Shown piece after piece: positions 19,220 to 29,440 of a stretch of DNA of 64,000 bases. Below the pieces are notes generated by a model, which made no database searches, was not told where the DNA came from, and was given only the letters and a program-made list of their open reading frames with translations. The stretch comes from an uncultured Acidobacteriota bacterium. GTDB lineage: Bacteria; Acidobacteriota; Terriglobia; UBA7540. Made by a program: the position numbers and the translations under genes. The stretch lies in assembly GCA_963804995.1 (NCBI GenBank), contig CAWDSK010000002.1:96001-160000 (forward strand), given 5' to 3'. How positions within the stretch are numbered: position 1 is the first letter of the stretch; each line of letters opens with the position of its first letter.

Positions 19220-20899
19220 TTATTTTGCCGCTGTCTCCCGCTTCAGCGATTTCAGCCGCTTCATCGCGTCGTTTCCACCGCGCCCGAAGTAATCGTGAAG
19301 CGCCTGGTATTCCGTAAAAAGCTTATTGTAAGTCGCGTGGTGCTCTGCGCGCGGCCGGAAGGTGTGCTTCTGCACCCTGGCCATGTGCTGGGCGGCTTCA
19401 AAAATCGAGTCGTAGCCGCCGGCAGCGCGTCCCGCGGCAACGGCGCCGTGCATCGCTGCTCCCAGCGCCGAGCAAGTCTGGAGCGGGTCAGCCAGCTTGA
19501 TTTCGCGCCCCGTGACATCGGCGTAAATCTGCATCAAGAGCCGGCTCTTCTCCGGCAAGCCGCCGCACGCCACAAGTTCCTTTACGGCGATACCCTTCGA
19601 CTCGAACGCCTCGATGATGGTGCGTGTACCAAAGGCGGTGGCCTCAATCAGGGCACGGTAAATCTCTTCCGCGCGCGTCGAGAGCGTCATGCCCAGGAGT
19701 ACGCCGGAGACGTCAACATCCACCAGGATGGAACGATTGCCATTCCACCAGTCGAGCGCCACCAGGCCCGACGCGCCGGGCTTAAGCGCCGCGGCACGCT
19801 TTTCCAGCGCCACTTGGAATGGCACTTTCAGCCGGCGCGCGTCACGATGTATGTAATCCGGCACCCCGTGCTCAAAGAACCAGGCGAAGATGTCACCGAC
19901 AGCGGATTGCCCCGCCTCATAACCCCAAAGGCCGGGGACAATGCCGTCCTCGACGACGCCACACATGCCCTCCACCATCTGCCGCTCCTTCGCGAGCAGC
20001 ATGTGGCAGATTGACGTGCCCATGATCATCACGAGCGAACCGGGCTCGGTCACCGTGCAGGCCGGCACCCCCACGTGAGCATCAACATTACCGATGGAGA
20101 CCGGCGTCCCTTCCTGGAGACCGGTTTGCTTCGCCCAAAATGCGGTCAGGCCGCCAGCCCTCGCGCCCAGCGGATAGTACGTTTCACCAACCTTCTCCGC
20201 GATGACGTTCTCAAGCCGGGGGTCAAGCGCGCGGAAGAAATCTGACGAAGGAAATCCCTGACCCTTCACCCACATGGCTTTGTATCCAGCCGTGCAAGTG
20301 TTGCGCTTCTGTTCACCGGTCAATTGCCACACGATCCAATCCGCCGCCTCAATAAAGCGATCGGTGGCGGCGTAGACATCCGGGGCTTCGTTCAGCACCT
20401 GCAAAAGTTTTGAGAAGAACCACTCGGAGGAGTACTTCCCCCCATAGATGCGAATGAATTCCTCGTTGCGCTCGCGGCCGACCTCGTTGATGCGATTGGC
20501 TTCGGCTTGAGCGGCGTGGTGTTTCCAAAGTTTGACATACGCGTGCGGATGCTTGCGGAATCTGGTAACCCCACAGAGCGGCACTCCGCCCGGCGTTGTA
20601 GGCATGGGGCTGGAGGCGGTGAAGTCCGTGCCAATGCCGACCACATCCTCCGCCTTTACTCGCGCTTCCTTCAGCGCTTTCGGTACCCCCTTCTCCAGGA
20701 CGCGCAAATAGTCGAAGGGATTCTGGAGCGCCCAGTCAGGTTCCAGCGCAGGACCACCGGGGAGACGCTCGTCAATCACGCCGTTGGGGTAAGCGACCAC
20801 TGAGGACGCCACCAGCTTGCCGTCGCGCGCGCGAACCACAACCACGCGCCCTGATTCCGTCCCGAAATCAATTCCCAGCACGAACTTGTCTTTGGACAT
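19220..20899 (-). CDS. araB: Ribulokinase (FGGY family)
   Basis: GIDFGTESGR, KLWKHHAAQ, YGGKYSSEW, DWWNGNRS and LHDYFGRG motifs. Confidence 0.92.
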   Translation of the reverse strand: MSKDKFVLGIDFGTESGRVVVVRARDGKLVASSVVAYPNGVIDERLPGGPALEPDWALQNPFDYLRVLEKGVPKALKEARVKAEDVVGIGTDFTASSPMPTTPGGVPLCGVTRFRKHPHAYVKLWKHHAAQAEANRINEVGRERNEEFIRIYGGKYSSEWFFSKLLQVLNEAPDVYAATDRFIEAADWIVWQLTGEQKRNTCTAGYKAMWVKGQGFPSSDFFRALDPRLENVIAEKVGETYYPLGARAGGLTAFWAKQTGLQEGTPVSIGNVDAHVGVPACTVTEPGSLVMIMGTSICHMLLAKERQMVEGMCGVVEDGIVPGLWGYEAGQSAVGDIFAWFFEHGVPDYIHRDARRLKVPFQVALEKRAAALKPGASGLVALDWWNGNRSILVDVDVSGVLLGMTLSTRAEEIYRALIEATAFGTRTIIEAFESKGIAVKELVACGGLPEKSRLLMQIYADVTGREIKLADPLQTCSALGAAMHGAVAAGRAAGGYDSIFEAAQHMARVQKHTFRPRAEHHATYNKLFTEYQALHDYFGRGGNDAMKRLKSLKRETAAK

Positions 20900-21173
20900 G
20901 GGGGCCTCGGCCTGAGAGCACTAACACCGCAGAGCAGCGGATCGCAGGGCCAACTCGCCTGGGCGAAGGTCCACCAAGACCCATTCGAGTGGCCGGCCGA
21001 ACATCATCGCCCACCGTGGGGAGGAGCGCAAGAAGGAAAAGCTGCTCTGGGTGTAAACACTTACCACAGGTTGTTTGCTGTGTCCTGTTAGCCCCAAATC
21101 GCCATTTCTTACCATTGACGCCGGGCCGCCACTTGGTGTACGAATCCCACTTACCCTCAAATCGGAGGTGCTT

Positions 21174-22121
21174 GTGGAACTCTATCCCCACGTCTATCAG
21201 ATCCAATCCTTGTACGGTGGCCGAAACCTCTTTCAGTACCTGTTTGTTGGCGACAACACGGTGCTGGTCGATACAGGCATCGCGGAAACGCCCGAAAAGG
21301 TGATCTTCCCTTACCTGGATTCACTCCAGCTCAAACCTCAGCGCCTGACGCTGGCGGTGACGACCCACTCTGACCTCGACCACCAGGGTGGGAATGACTC
21401 GATCAAGCGCGCCTCGCCCGGCACGTGGCTCAGTTGCGGCGCCGCCGACCGGGAACTGGTGGAGGACCCACGCGCGCTCTTCGACGTCCGCTACAACTTT
21501 TTGCGCGCCGAGCATGACGTGGGTATGAGCCCTGAACCGCGGCCCGAGGCCGGCCGGCGGCGCCCGATGGACGTTTGCTTTACGGGAGGTGAAATCATTC
21601 GCTTGCGTGAGGACTGGCACCTGGAGGTCCTTCACGTGCCCGGCCACTCGCACGGCCATCTGGCGCTCTATGATCCTCAACACCACGCGGCGTTCGTGGG
21701 CGACGCCATTCACGGCCGCGGTTGCCCAAAAGCCACGGGCGGTATGGGCATCCCCGTAACTTACTACTACGTGGATATCTACCTTTCGACCCTCCGTTAC
21801 TTCGAGCATCTACCGCTTGATGTCCTTTACTCCGGGCATTGGCCCATCATGCGCGGCGAGGAGATCCGCGACTTCATCGCCCTGTCGCGGCAGACCGTCG
21901 AGTTGTTGGATCGCGTGATCCTGGAGAGCCTCCGAAAGACCCCCACTGGGCTCAGCATGAAAGAGCTTATCGATGCGGTCGCGAACGCCGTGGGTGATTG
22001 GCCGCCCGATTCCTGGACGCTTGCCATGTTTCCCGTCAAGGGCCACATGGATCGCTTGGAAGAGCAAGGCAAGGTACACGCGCTGCGGGGGACGCGGCCG
22101 GTAAAGTGGGAGCTGGCTTGA
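21174..22121 (+). CDS. MBL-fold metallo-hydrolase
   Basis: LVDTG, THSDLDHQGG, PGHSHGH, GD and GH motifs. GTG start after GGAGG. Confidence 0.88.
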   Translation: MELYPHVYQIQSLYGGRNLFQYLFVGDNTVLVDTGIAETPEKVIFPYLDSLQLKPQRLTLAVTTHSDLDHQGGNDSIKRASPGTWLSCGAADRELVEDPRALFDVRYNFLRAEHDVGMSPEPRPEAGRRRPMDVCFTGGEIIRLREDWHLEVLHVPGHSHGHLALYDPQHHAAFVGDAIHGRGCPKATGGMGIPVTYYYVDIYLSTLRYFEHLPLDVLYSGHWPIMRGEEIRDFIALSRQTVELLDRVILESLRKTPTGLSMKELIDAVANAVGDWPPDSWTLAMFPVKGHMDRLEEQGKVHALRGTRPVKWELA

Positions 22122-22296
22122 AGGCTTGGGATTTGGGGTTCGCGATTCGGGAAGGAATGTGGGCAGTAAGCAGAAGGCAGTAGGCAGTCGCAAATTCTGA
22201 ATTATGAATTCAGAATTAAGATTTCCAGACGATCGTTTATGCAGCTTTTTCAGAATTCAGCATTCAGAATTTAGAACATCGCTAAGGAGAAAGCCG

Positions 22297-23268
22297 TCAG
22301 CGATTGTATTTCGGCGTGATGCCGCGCAGGCGCTTCCACACTGCGTCGCAGCGAGAGAGAACAGACTCATCCAGCGGCACACCTTCTGCGGCCTTCAGAT
22401 TTTCCGCAAGTTGCTCGACCCGCGAAGCTCCCAAGATGATGGAATCGACCGCAGGCCGCGAAAGCAGCCACTGGAGCGCGAGTTCGACCAGGGTTTTGCC
22501 TGACTCCGCCGCGATCGAGCGCAACTCTTCCACGGCGGCGAAGTTGTCGTCAAGCCAGTAGCGATCCTGGTACATCTTGTTGCCATCGAAGCGCGTGCCG
22601 GCGATGGGACCGCTGGCGCGGGAGTGTTTTCCGGTCAGCAATCCGCCCGCCAGGGGATTGTAAGGCACGACCGCGACGCCCAAGCGCTGGCAGAACGGCA
22701 GGTATTCCTCCTCGATGCCACGCGCTAGCAGGTTGTACATGGGTTGTGAGATGTAGTAGGGCTGGTAACCGCGTTTTTCACAATTCCACAGAATTTCGCA
22801 CACTTGCCACGCGGCGTAATTCGAAACAGCCGGAAAGCGTACCTTACCCGCCCGCACCAAGCTCTCAATCGCCTCCAGCGTTTCCTCGATGGGCACGCCG
22901 TAGTCGGGTTGATGCAAGTAGTAAAGATCCAGGTAATCGGTCCCCAGTCGCGCCAAGCTGGCGTCTATGGCTTTGGTGATGGCCGCGCGCGACAGGCCCT
23001 CGTCGTCGAGTGCGTCTCCCATCTTGCCGCGGACCTTGGAGGTCAGAACGATTTTGTCGCGCCGGCCCTTGAGCGCCTTGCCCAGGATCGTCTCCGACGC
23101 TCCCCTATTGTAAATATTTGCGGTATCAAAAAAATTGATGCCCGCATCAAAGCAGATGTCCACCATGCGGGTAGCGTTGGCTGGGTCAGTCTGCGCGCCA
23201 AAAGTCATGGTGCCGAAAGAGAGGCGAGATACTTTGAGTCCGGTCTTGGGAAGAGTGCGATACTCCAT
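22297..23268 (-). CDS. Aldo/keto reductase
   Basis: FGTMTFG, FDTANIY, DYLDLYYLH and YNPLAGGLLTGK motifs. ATG 23268 after GAGG. Confidence 0.92.
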   Translation of the reverse strand: MEYRTLPKTGLKVSRLSFGTMTFGAQTDPANATRMVDICFDAGINFFDTANIYNRGASETILGKALKGRRDKIVLTSKVRGKMGDALDDEGLSRAAITKAIDASLARLGTDYLDLYYLHQPDYGVPIEETLEAIESLVRAGKVRFPAVSNYAAWQVCEILWNCEKRGYQPYYISQPMYNLLARGIEEEYLPFCQRLGVAVVPYNPLAGGLLTGKHSRASGPIAGTRFDGNKMYQDRYWLDDNFAAVEELRSIAAESGKTLVELALQWLLSRPAVDSIILGASRVEQLAENLKAAEGVPLDESVLSRCDAVWKRLRGITPKYNR

Positions 23269-23452
23269 GTTCACCTCATTGGGATTGAGTGCGGCGCCGG
23301 ATGCTGCGCGGTCAGACGCCACTTTCGATGACGTTCTACCGAGGGGGGGCCAGCGCGCCATGACGGCCGGAAAACATCGGGTGGAACGTCCGGCTCCGCC
23401 CAACCTCCTTTTCAATCTCTCACATTCCCGTGGTGTATTACAATACCTGTGC

Positions 23453-23842
23453 ATGCCGGAGCCGCCGCTGTTACAGCTCGCCCAGGAACTCGAGTGGTTG
23501 GGATGCGAGCTCGAGCATTACGGCCAACTGCACGCCGAGCAGGGGTTTCCTCAATCCGGGCCTGCCTGGGAAGCGTTCTGCGAAAAGCAGCGCGGCGTGT
23601 TGGTGACGACAGACAAGATCGAGCGCGAAGTGAAGAGCGGCGTCCGGTATAATCCGGCGCGACTGGTAGGGGTTGAGTATCCGCTGGAGGACACCTTCAA
23701 CTCGATTGCGAACCTGATTGGTGCGGTCGAAGAGATCAAGCAGTGCACAGTCTTCGCCGTCGACGCGCTCCCCGCCCAGGTTCGTGCCTTCACCAAGCTG
23801 GTCGAGGGATATCTCCAGGCAATGGGGAGCGTGGCACGTTAG
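23453..23842 (+). CDS. Hypothetical alpha-helical protein (129 aa)
   Basis: Coding-like ORF from ATG 23453, divergent from the reductase gene. No recognised motif. Confidence 0.55.
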   Translation: MPEPPLLQLAQELEWLGCELEHYGQLHAEQGFPQSGPAWEAFCEKQRGVLVTTDKIEREVKSGVRYNPARLVGVEYPLEDTFNSIANLIGAVEEIKQCTVFAVDALPAQVRAFTKLVEGYLQAMGSVAR

Positions 23843-24073
23843 CGTAAGGGCGGGGCCACCCACGCGCTATGTTTCAACGCAAAGGAGAGGCGGTCACCTC
23901 TCCAGCCCGCAGCGTCGCCCAAGTGGGGGTTGCAACCCCCCGGTCAAATGTTGAGGGATTGGTATAGAGTTTAAGAATTCAGTATTTCTAGAAGAGAAGC
24001 ACAACGCGCTTTCAGGCGGGTGGCGAGCCTTTCACACCGAGCTTCCCGGGAAAGCTCAAGGAGATTCTGCAAT

Positions 24074-24340
24074 ATGGACGAACAACAGTTGACGAAGCAG
24101 TTGCTGGATGAGGGATTCGACGATGTTTACGTTTGGGAGGACGGTCCCAACGTATTCTACCCGGAGCATCGGCATCCCGGCGTCTCAGCTCACATCATCC
24201 TGGAAGGCGAGATGACTGTCACCCTCGATGGGCAGGAGCATACTTACAAGCCTGGTGAGCGCTTCGATGTACCGGGCAAGACGGGTCACACCGCCCGCGT
24301 GGGGCCGGAAGGTTGTAAGTACCTGGTTGGAGAAATGTAG
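24074..24340 (+). CDS. Cupin-domain protein
   Basis: YPEHRH...EGEM...PGERFDVP..H, 88 aa. Confidence 0.85.
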   Translation: MDEQQLTKQLLDEGFDDVYVWEDGPNVFYPEHRHPGVSAHIILEGEMTVTLDGQEHTYKPGERFDVPGKTGHTARVGPEGCKYLVGEM

Positions 24341-24503
24341 AATCCGCCGGATGCGCGACCGCTTCGAGGATCAGACCTAAGACGCGTTTGCTCCGACAAT
24401 TATCACTCCTCTTAACGTAAGAAACGGTCGGATTTACCCCGGCGTTTGGGGTTATTGATTCTGTCGGCTGAGTGCCTCCTGCTTGGCGCTTAGCCTTTCC
24501 CGC

Positions 24504-25580
24504 CTATCCCTGTCGCCAATCTTCCCAGTCCTTTCGCACAGCGTCGGCCATTTTCTTGGCTGCCTCGTGCAGCCATCCTGACTTACGCCGGGCAAAGTCG
24601 CGGCGCACCGCCTTGATGGCGCGCTTGCTGCCCAGATGAATGTTGGCCGTCTCATAACCCATAGCGTGCAGCAAACGCTCTTCGTCGGGCTGCTTGGGAA
24701 GCGCCGTGAGCTCAATCCGTGAGCAGTGCGGCGCGAGGCGACGGACGATCCAACGCCCCCGCAAGTGAACGTAGGGATCCAGGGCGCGGGCCGCCCCGGT
24801 GATGATTTCCTCGTAGAGAATCTTTTTCGAACCCTTGTCATCTTTTGCCCACACGCACGCGGAGGGCAGCAAGGCCTTGGCCTCGCGCGCCACGCGGCCT
24901 CCACTCCAATCCGCCAGCGCAACGTAACGCTCGCGGCCCAGACTCCCGAGGCCAGCCACGCGATGCGCAACGCGATAAATCAGTCCCGGTGCGGGCAGGA
25001 GATCCTCCAGCGCCTTGCGCGCACTCTTGGGAACTTCGCCACGCACGGAAGGAAGTTCGTTCATCTTCCCCCAGAAATGCACCGGGTCGCGCAGTTCGCC
25101 GGTCGCTGCCTCACGCAACCATCGGTTGTTTTCTTCCAGCACGAAGGGCTTACCGCCGGACTCCAACCCCTCGCGATACCCCGCCAGGATGGCACTGCAG
25201 GCTTCCTCGTGTGAAAGGACCAGGTGGTTGGCGCTGATCGCCAAGTGCGCGCTGACGGCGAGCCGAACCAAGTCGTTCGTGTAGGCCATGGGATAGGCTT
25301 CATCGAAATCGTTCACACCCCAGATCAGTCGCGATTCCTGATCGCGCCAGGTGCCGAAATTCTCCACATGCAGGTCACCCACTGCCAGCACACGCGGCGC
25401 TCGCACCAGCTCCGCACAGACCTCGGGCCATACCTGCACCCATCGGTAGAAGGTGGCGCGCAGAAACGAGAAGGCGCCTTCAGCCATCCGAGTGTGCTTC
25501 AGGGCCAGATCATTCTGAACGATCGTAATGTGTTTAGCCAGCCACGCTTCATACTTCTTGGTCGCTTTTTTGATGCGCAT
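24504..25580 (-). CDS. DUF2252-family (kinase-like) protein
   Basis: FLRAT, GDLHVENFG, NDFDEA and AGLGSLG motifs. Confidence 0.85.
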   Translation of the reverse strand: MRIKKATKKYEAWLAKHITIVQNDLALKHTRMAEGAFSFLRATFYRWVQVWPEVCAELVRAPRVLAVGDLHVENFGTWRDQESRLIWGVNDFDEAYPMAYTNDLVRLAVSAHLAISANHLVLSHEEACSAILAGYREGLESGGKPFVLEENNRWLREAATGELRDPVHFWGKMNELPSVRGEVPKSARKALEDLLPAPGLIYRVAHRVAGLGSLGRERYVALADWSGGRVAREAKALLPSACVWAKDDKGSKKILYEEIITGAARALDPYVHLRGRWIVRRLAPHCSRIELTALPKQPDEERLLHAMGYETANIHLGSKRAIKAVRRDFARRKSGWLHEAAKKMADAVRKDWEDWRQG

Positions 25581-25586
25581 AACGCG

Positions 25587-26333
25587 TCACCTTCCTGGCT
25601 CTTGTTGCTGCCGACGGAAATACGACTCGACCTTTTCGAGGTCCTCTTCCGTATCCACTCCGATGGTATCGAGAGGGGTCTCCACAACCGCGATGCTAAT
25701 GCCGTTTTCAAGAAAGCGTAGTTGCTCGAGCTTTTCGAGTAGTTCGAGCGCGGAAGGCGGCAGGTGGTGGAATCTCTCCAGTGCCGCCGCCCGAAAAGCA
25801 TAGATCCCCAAGTGCTTAAAATAAGGCGCGTCTCCACTTCCATCACGGTCGTGAGGGATAAGAGCGCGGGAAAAGTAGAGTGCCAGGCCACGAGCATCGG
25901 TCACGACTTTCACATTGTTCGGATCACGGGCGCGCTCCACGTCGATGGCAACTTTGAGGGTTGAAACCTGGGCCCCAGGGTCGTCGTGGAAGGGGCCGAG
26001 GAGGCGCTCCAGGTGGTCCGGAGTGATCATCGGTTCGTCACCCTGGATATTGACGTAGACCTCAGCCGGTTCGCGGCTCATAACTTCCACCACCCGATCC
26101 GTGCCGGAGCGATGGGCGCTTGAGGTCATCATTACCGGTATCGCCTGGGCGCGGCAATAGGATTCGACCTCCGCGGAATCGGTGGCCACCACGAGATGAT
26201 CGAGACTGGCCGCTTGGCGGGCACGCTCATACACCCAGGCAATCATGGGGCGGCCGCAAATCGCTCGCAGCGGTTTGCGAGGCAGCCTCGTAGACTCCAG
26301 TCGCGCCGGGATTACTCCCAAGACTCTGTGCAT
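25587..26333 (-). CDS. kdsB: 3-deoxy-manno-octulosonate cytidylyltransferase
   Basis: IPARLESTRLPRKPL, SGTDR, NIQGDEP, HLGIY and EKLEQLR motifs. Confidence 0.95.
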   Translation of the reverse strand: MHRVLGVIPARLESTRLPRKPLRAICGRPMIAWVYERARQAASLDHLVVATDSAEVESYCRAQAIPVMMTSSAHRSGTDRVVEVMSREPAEVYVNIQGDEPMITPDHLERLLGPFHDDPGAQVSTLKVAIDVERARDPNNVKVVTDARGLALYFSRALIPHDRDGSGDAPYFKHLGIYAFRAAALERFHHLPPSALELLEKLEQLRFLENGISIAVVETPLDTIGVDTEEDLEKVESYFRRQQQEPGR

Positions 26334-26455
26334 GGTGAGAAGCCAAAGGGAGATTATGCTTAGTTATGGCCGGTTTGCAAGACCCTGATCGACTGAGGAC
26401 AAGTTCCCTCAGAAAAGTGGCCAGATCCACACCAGGGAGCTATACTCGCCTGACG

Positions 26456-27478
26456 ATGCCTGCACCCTCTCATTTTCCGGTCGGCAAATTGCCGGCGGCT
26501 GTCCTCCGGAGTCTTCTCCGGGCGTGCCGGCCGCCCGCATCGTCCCGCGTGGTGATTGGCCCGCGCTACGGGGAAGATGCCGCCGTAATTGATTTCGGGG
26601 AAAAATACCTGATCGCCAAGACCGACCCCATCACCTTCACCGAGGAGCGCATCGGCTGGTACGCCGTCAACATCAACGCCAATGACATCGCGACCATGGG
26701 CGCGCGGCCGCGCTGGTTCCTGGCCACGCTGCTCCTCCCGGAGAACCGCTCCACACCTGCCCTGGCACGCCGAATTTTTAGGGACACGCTCCGCGCCTGC
26801 CGTTCGCTGGGCGTCACGCTATGCGGGGGCCATACGGAAATCACCACGGGCCTGCAGCGGCCTATCGTTGTGGGCCAGATGCTGGGTGAGGTTGAGAAAT
26901 CGAAACTCATCCGGAAGGATAGTCAGCGCCCCGGCGACCTGGTGATTCTGACACGCGGCGTGGCGCTTGAAGGCACAGCCATTCTGGCGCGGGCCAAACG
27001 GGCAGAGCTCGAACGGAAGCTCGGCCCCAGCGTGGTTCAGAGAGCCAAGCGATTGCTCTTCGATCCTGGAATCAGTGTGGTTCGCGACGCAACACTCGCG
27101 GTTCGATGGGGGGAAATCCACGCCATGCACGACCCGACCGAAGGCGGGCTGCTGGCTGGCTTGGACGAGATCGCCCGAGCCGGACGAGTGGGTCTCCGGG
27201 TGTGGAGAGAAGAGATCCCCGTTTTGGCGGAGACGCGCGCCTTCAGCCAGGTGCTGCGTTTCGATCCCCTGGGGCTTATCGCCTCAGGCGCACTTCTGAT
27301 CGTTGCAACTGCAGAATCCGCTCCGCGCCTCCTGCGGGCCTATGGGCGGCGAGGAACTCCCGCCACCGTAATTGGAGAAGTCCGCCGTGAGAGCGAAGGC
27401 ATCATGCTTTTCCAAGACGGTCAAGCGAAGCCTTTGCGGGTTCCCAAGCGGGATGAAATTGCGCGGCTTCTGGGTTGA
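26456..27478 (+). CDS. AIR-synthase family protein (HypE/ThiL-like)
   Basis: GEDAA, DPIT, NANDIA, GGHTE and MHDPTEGG motifs. Confidence 0.85.
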   Translation: MPAPSHFPVGKLPAAVLRSLLRACRPPASSRVVIGPRYGEDAAVIDFGEKYLIAKTDPITFTEERIGWYAVNINANDIATMGARPRWFLATLLLPENRSTPALARRIFRDTLRACRSLGVTLCGGHTEITTGLQRPIVVGQMLGEVEKSKLIRKDSQRPGDLVILTRGVALEGTAILARAKRAELERKLGPSVVQRAKRLLFDPGISVVRDATLAVRWGEIHAMHDPTEGGLLAGLDEIARAGRVGLRVWREEIPVLAETRAFSQVLRFDPLGLIASGALLIVATAESAPRLLRAYGRRGTPATVIGEVRRESEGIMLFQDGQAKPLRVPKRDEIARLLG

Positions 27479-27915
27479 AAGGTTGCCAGAGGAGTTCATT
27501 CAGTCGTTGTGCCGGCACGCTTTTCAGCGCAAAGTCGAGGGAAAAAGCTGGCAATTCTAGGGTTTAAAAAGTGCTGTGAATGGGTTAAATTTTTCGTCGT
27601 CGGGAAAAGCGGGCATTGGCGCGCCCCGAAAGGCCTCGGAACCTCTCAGAGGCGCTATTTTCAAGGCTCCGGAGGGGTATGCACGCGCCTGGATTCGTGC
27701 TATATTAGAAGAGTGAAACGAGTCAATTCCGGCAAGTTATTGCGCCTTCTTAGGACCGTCTCAACACACAAAAATGGGAAAACCCGTGGACAGGTAGCGA
27801 TGTTTGAGGCGCCTTAGTGACGCCAGTTCTTTCACGCTCGCAAAAGGGGCTAGTCTCGGACCAGCAGAGCTCCTACCCGGTAGGGGCGGGCGGTTGTTTT
27901 CCCTCTGAAAGCACC

Positions 27916-29238
27916 ATGAACGCTTGGCAAGAAATCCTGGGTTACCTGAAGACCAAGGTGAACACGCAGAGTTACCAGACGTGGTTGCGGCCGACCCGCT
28001 TCAGCCACGTTGACCAGGGAGCACTCGTGGTGCGAGTTCCTAACCGCGAGTTTCAGGATTGGATTCAGGAGCACTACGGCGGGATGATTCATGATGCGGT
28101 CACTGAGCTCCAGTTAGACTTGCAGAAAGTCCGCTACGTGGTGGAAGAAAGCACCGACAAGAAGCCCATGGAGAGCGGGGAGGGAAAAACCTTTCAGGCT
28201 AAGCTGGATTTTGAATCTGTCGACCACCAACTGAACCCCCGCTACACTTTTGACACTTTTGTGGTCGGGAATTGCAACCAGTTTGCCCACGCCGCTGCGC
28301 AAGCCGTGGCGGAAACGCCGGCCAAGGCCTACAACCCGTTGTTCCTCTATGGCGGAGTAGGGCTGGGAAAGACGCACCTCATGCAAGCCGTCGGCCACAT
28401 GATCAAGGGTAAGTGGAGAGAAATGCGGTTGGCCTATGTTTCCTCCGAAAGTTTTACGAACGAGGTGATAAACTCTCTCCGCTACGACCGCATGGTTTCT
28501 TTCCGTGATAAATACCGTAATGTGGACGTCCTGCTGATGGATGATATTGAGTTCATCGGTGGCAAGGAGCGAACCCAGGAAGAGTTTTTCCACACCTTCA
28601 ACACTTTGTACGAGGCGCAAAAGCAGGTCGTGATCTCCAGTGACTGCCCGCCCAAAGAGATCACGGGACTGGAAGAGCGTCTCCGTTCGCGCTTCGCCTG
28701 GGGTCTAACCGCGGATTTGCAAGCACCGGACCTGGAGACGAAGCGGGCGATCCTGGCCAAGAAGACAGAATCGCAGAGCGTGGTTCTGCCTGACGATGTC
28801 AGTGAGTTTATCGCCCGCAAGATCAAATCGAGTGTTCGCGACTTGGAAGGGGCACTGACGCGTCTGATTGCCTACTCCTCATTGACGGGCGCCTCCATCT
28901 CCCTCGTCATGGCGCAGCAGGTACTCAAGAACCTGATTGACCTGGAGGATCGGCGAGTTTCCATTGAGAATGTTCAGCGGGCGGTTTGCAGGGAGTTTGG
29001 ACTTACCTTGCCGCAGTTAAAGGCCAAGGATAACAGCCGAGCGGTTGCCTATCCGCGGCAGATCGCGATGTTCCTTACCAAGGAACTGACTCCGGCGTCG
29101 TTGCCTCAGATCGGCAGGGAGTTTGGCGGAAAACATCACACCACGGTTCTGCACTCGATCAATAAAATCGCGGAGATGCGGGAAAGTGACAGGGATTTGA
29201 ACAGACTTCTTAACAAGCTACGTGATGGCCTGAATTGA
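27916..29238 (+). CDS. dnaA: Chromosomal replication initiator DnaA
   Basis: YTFDTFV, YNPLFLYGGVGLGKTHL, QEEFFHTFN, RQIAM and HTTVLH motifs. Confidence 0.98.
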   Translation: MNAWQEILGYLKTKVNTQSYQTWLRPTRFSHVDQGALVVRVPNREFQDWIQEHYGGMIHDAVTELQLDLQKVRYVVEESTDKKPMESGEGKTFQAKLDFESVDHQLNPRYTFDTFVVGNCNQFAHAAAQAVAETPAKAYNPLFLYGGVGLGKTHLMQAVGHMIKGKWREMRLAYVSSESFTNEVINSLRYDRMVSFRDKYRNVDVLLMDDIEFIGGKERTQEEFFHTFNTLYEAQKQVVISSDCPPKEITGLEERLRSRFAWGLTADLQAPDLETKRAILAKKTESQSVVLPDDVSEFIARKIKSSVRDLEGALTRLIAYSSLTGASISLVMAQQVLKNLIDLEDRRVSIENVQRAVCREFGLTLPQLKAKDNSRAVAYPRQIAMFLTKELTPASLPQIGREFGGKHHTTVLHSINKIAEMRESDRDLNRLLNKLRDGLN

Positions 29239-29440
29239 ACTTAAGGGGTTATCCAATTTTTTGGTAAGTGGGAAATTTGTGAATTCCGAGGATCGGGTCG
29301 AAGTGTTATGGTAATCCTCAAAACCCTGAAAGCAATCCACACAGGGAGGACAGGTAAGTTACGGTGACCATAGAGCTTCGCGGATTTTCCACAAATCCAC
29401 AGCACTACGACTAAATACTATCTCTTGAGGGAAAATCTTT
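29239..29440. promoter_or_regulatory. oriC: oriC unwinding region (DnaA boxes plus DnaA-trio-like repeats)
   Basis: TTTTCCACA (29385-29393), AATCCACAG (29394-29402), CACTACGACTAAATACTA (29403-29420). Further degenerate boxes near 29249 and 29334. Confidence 0.85.
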
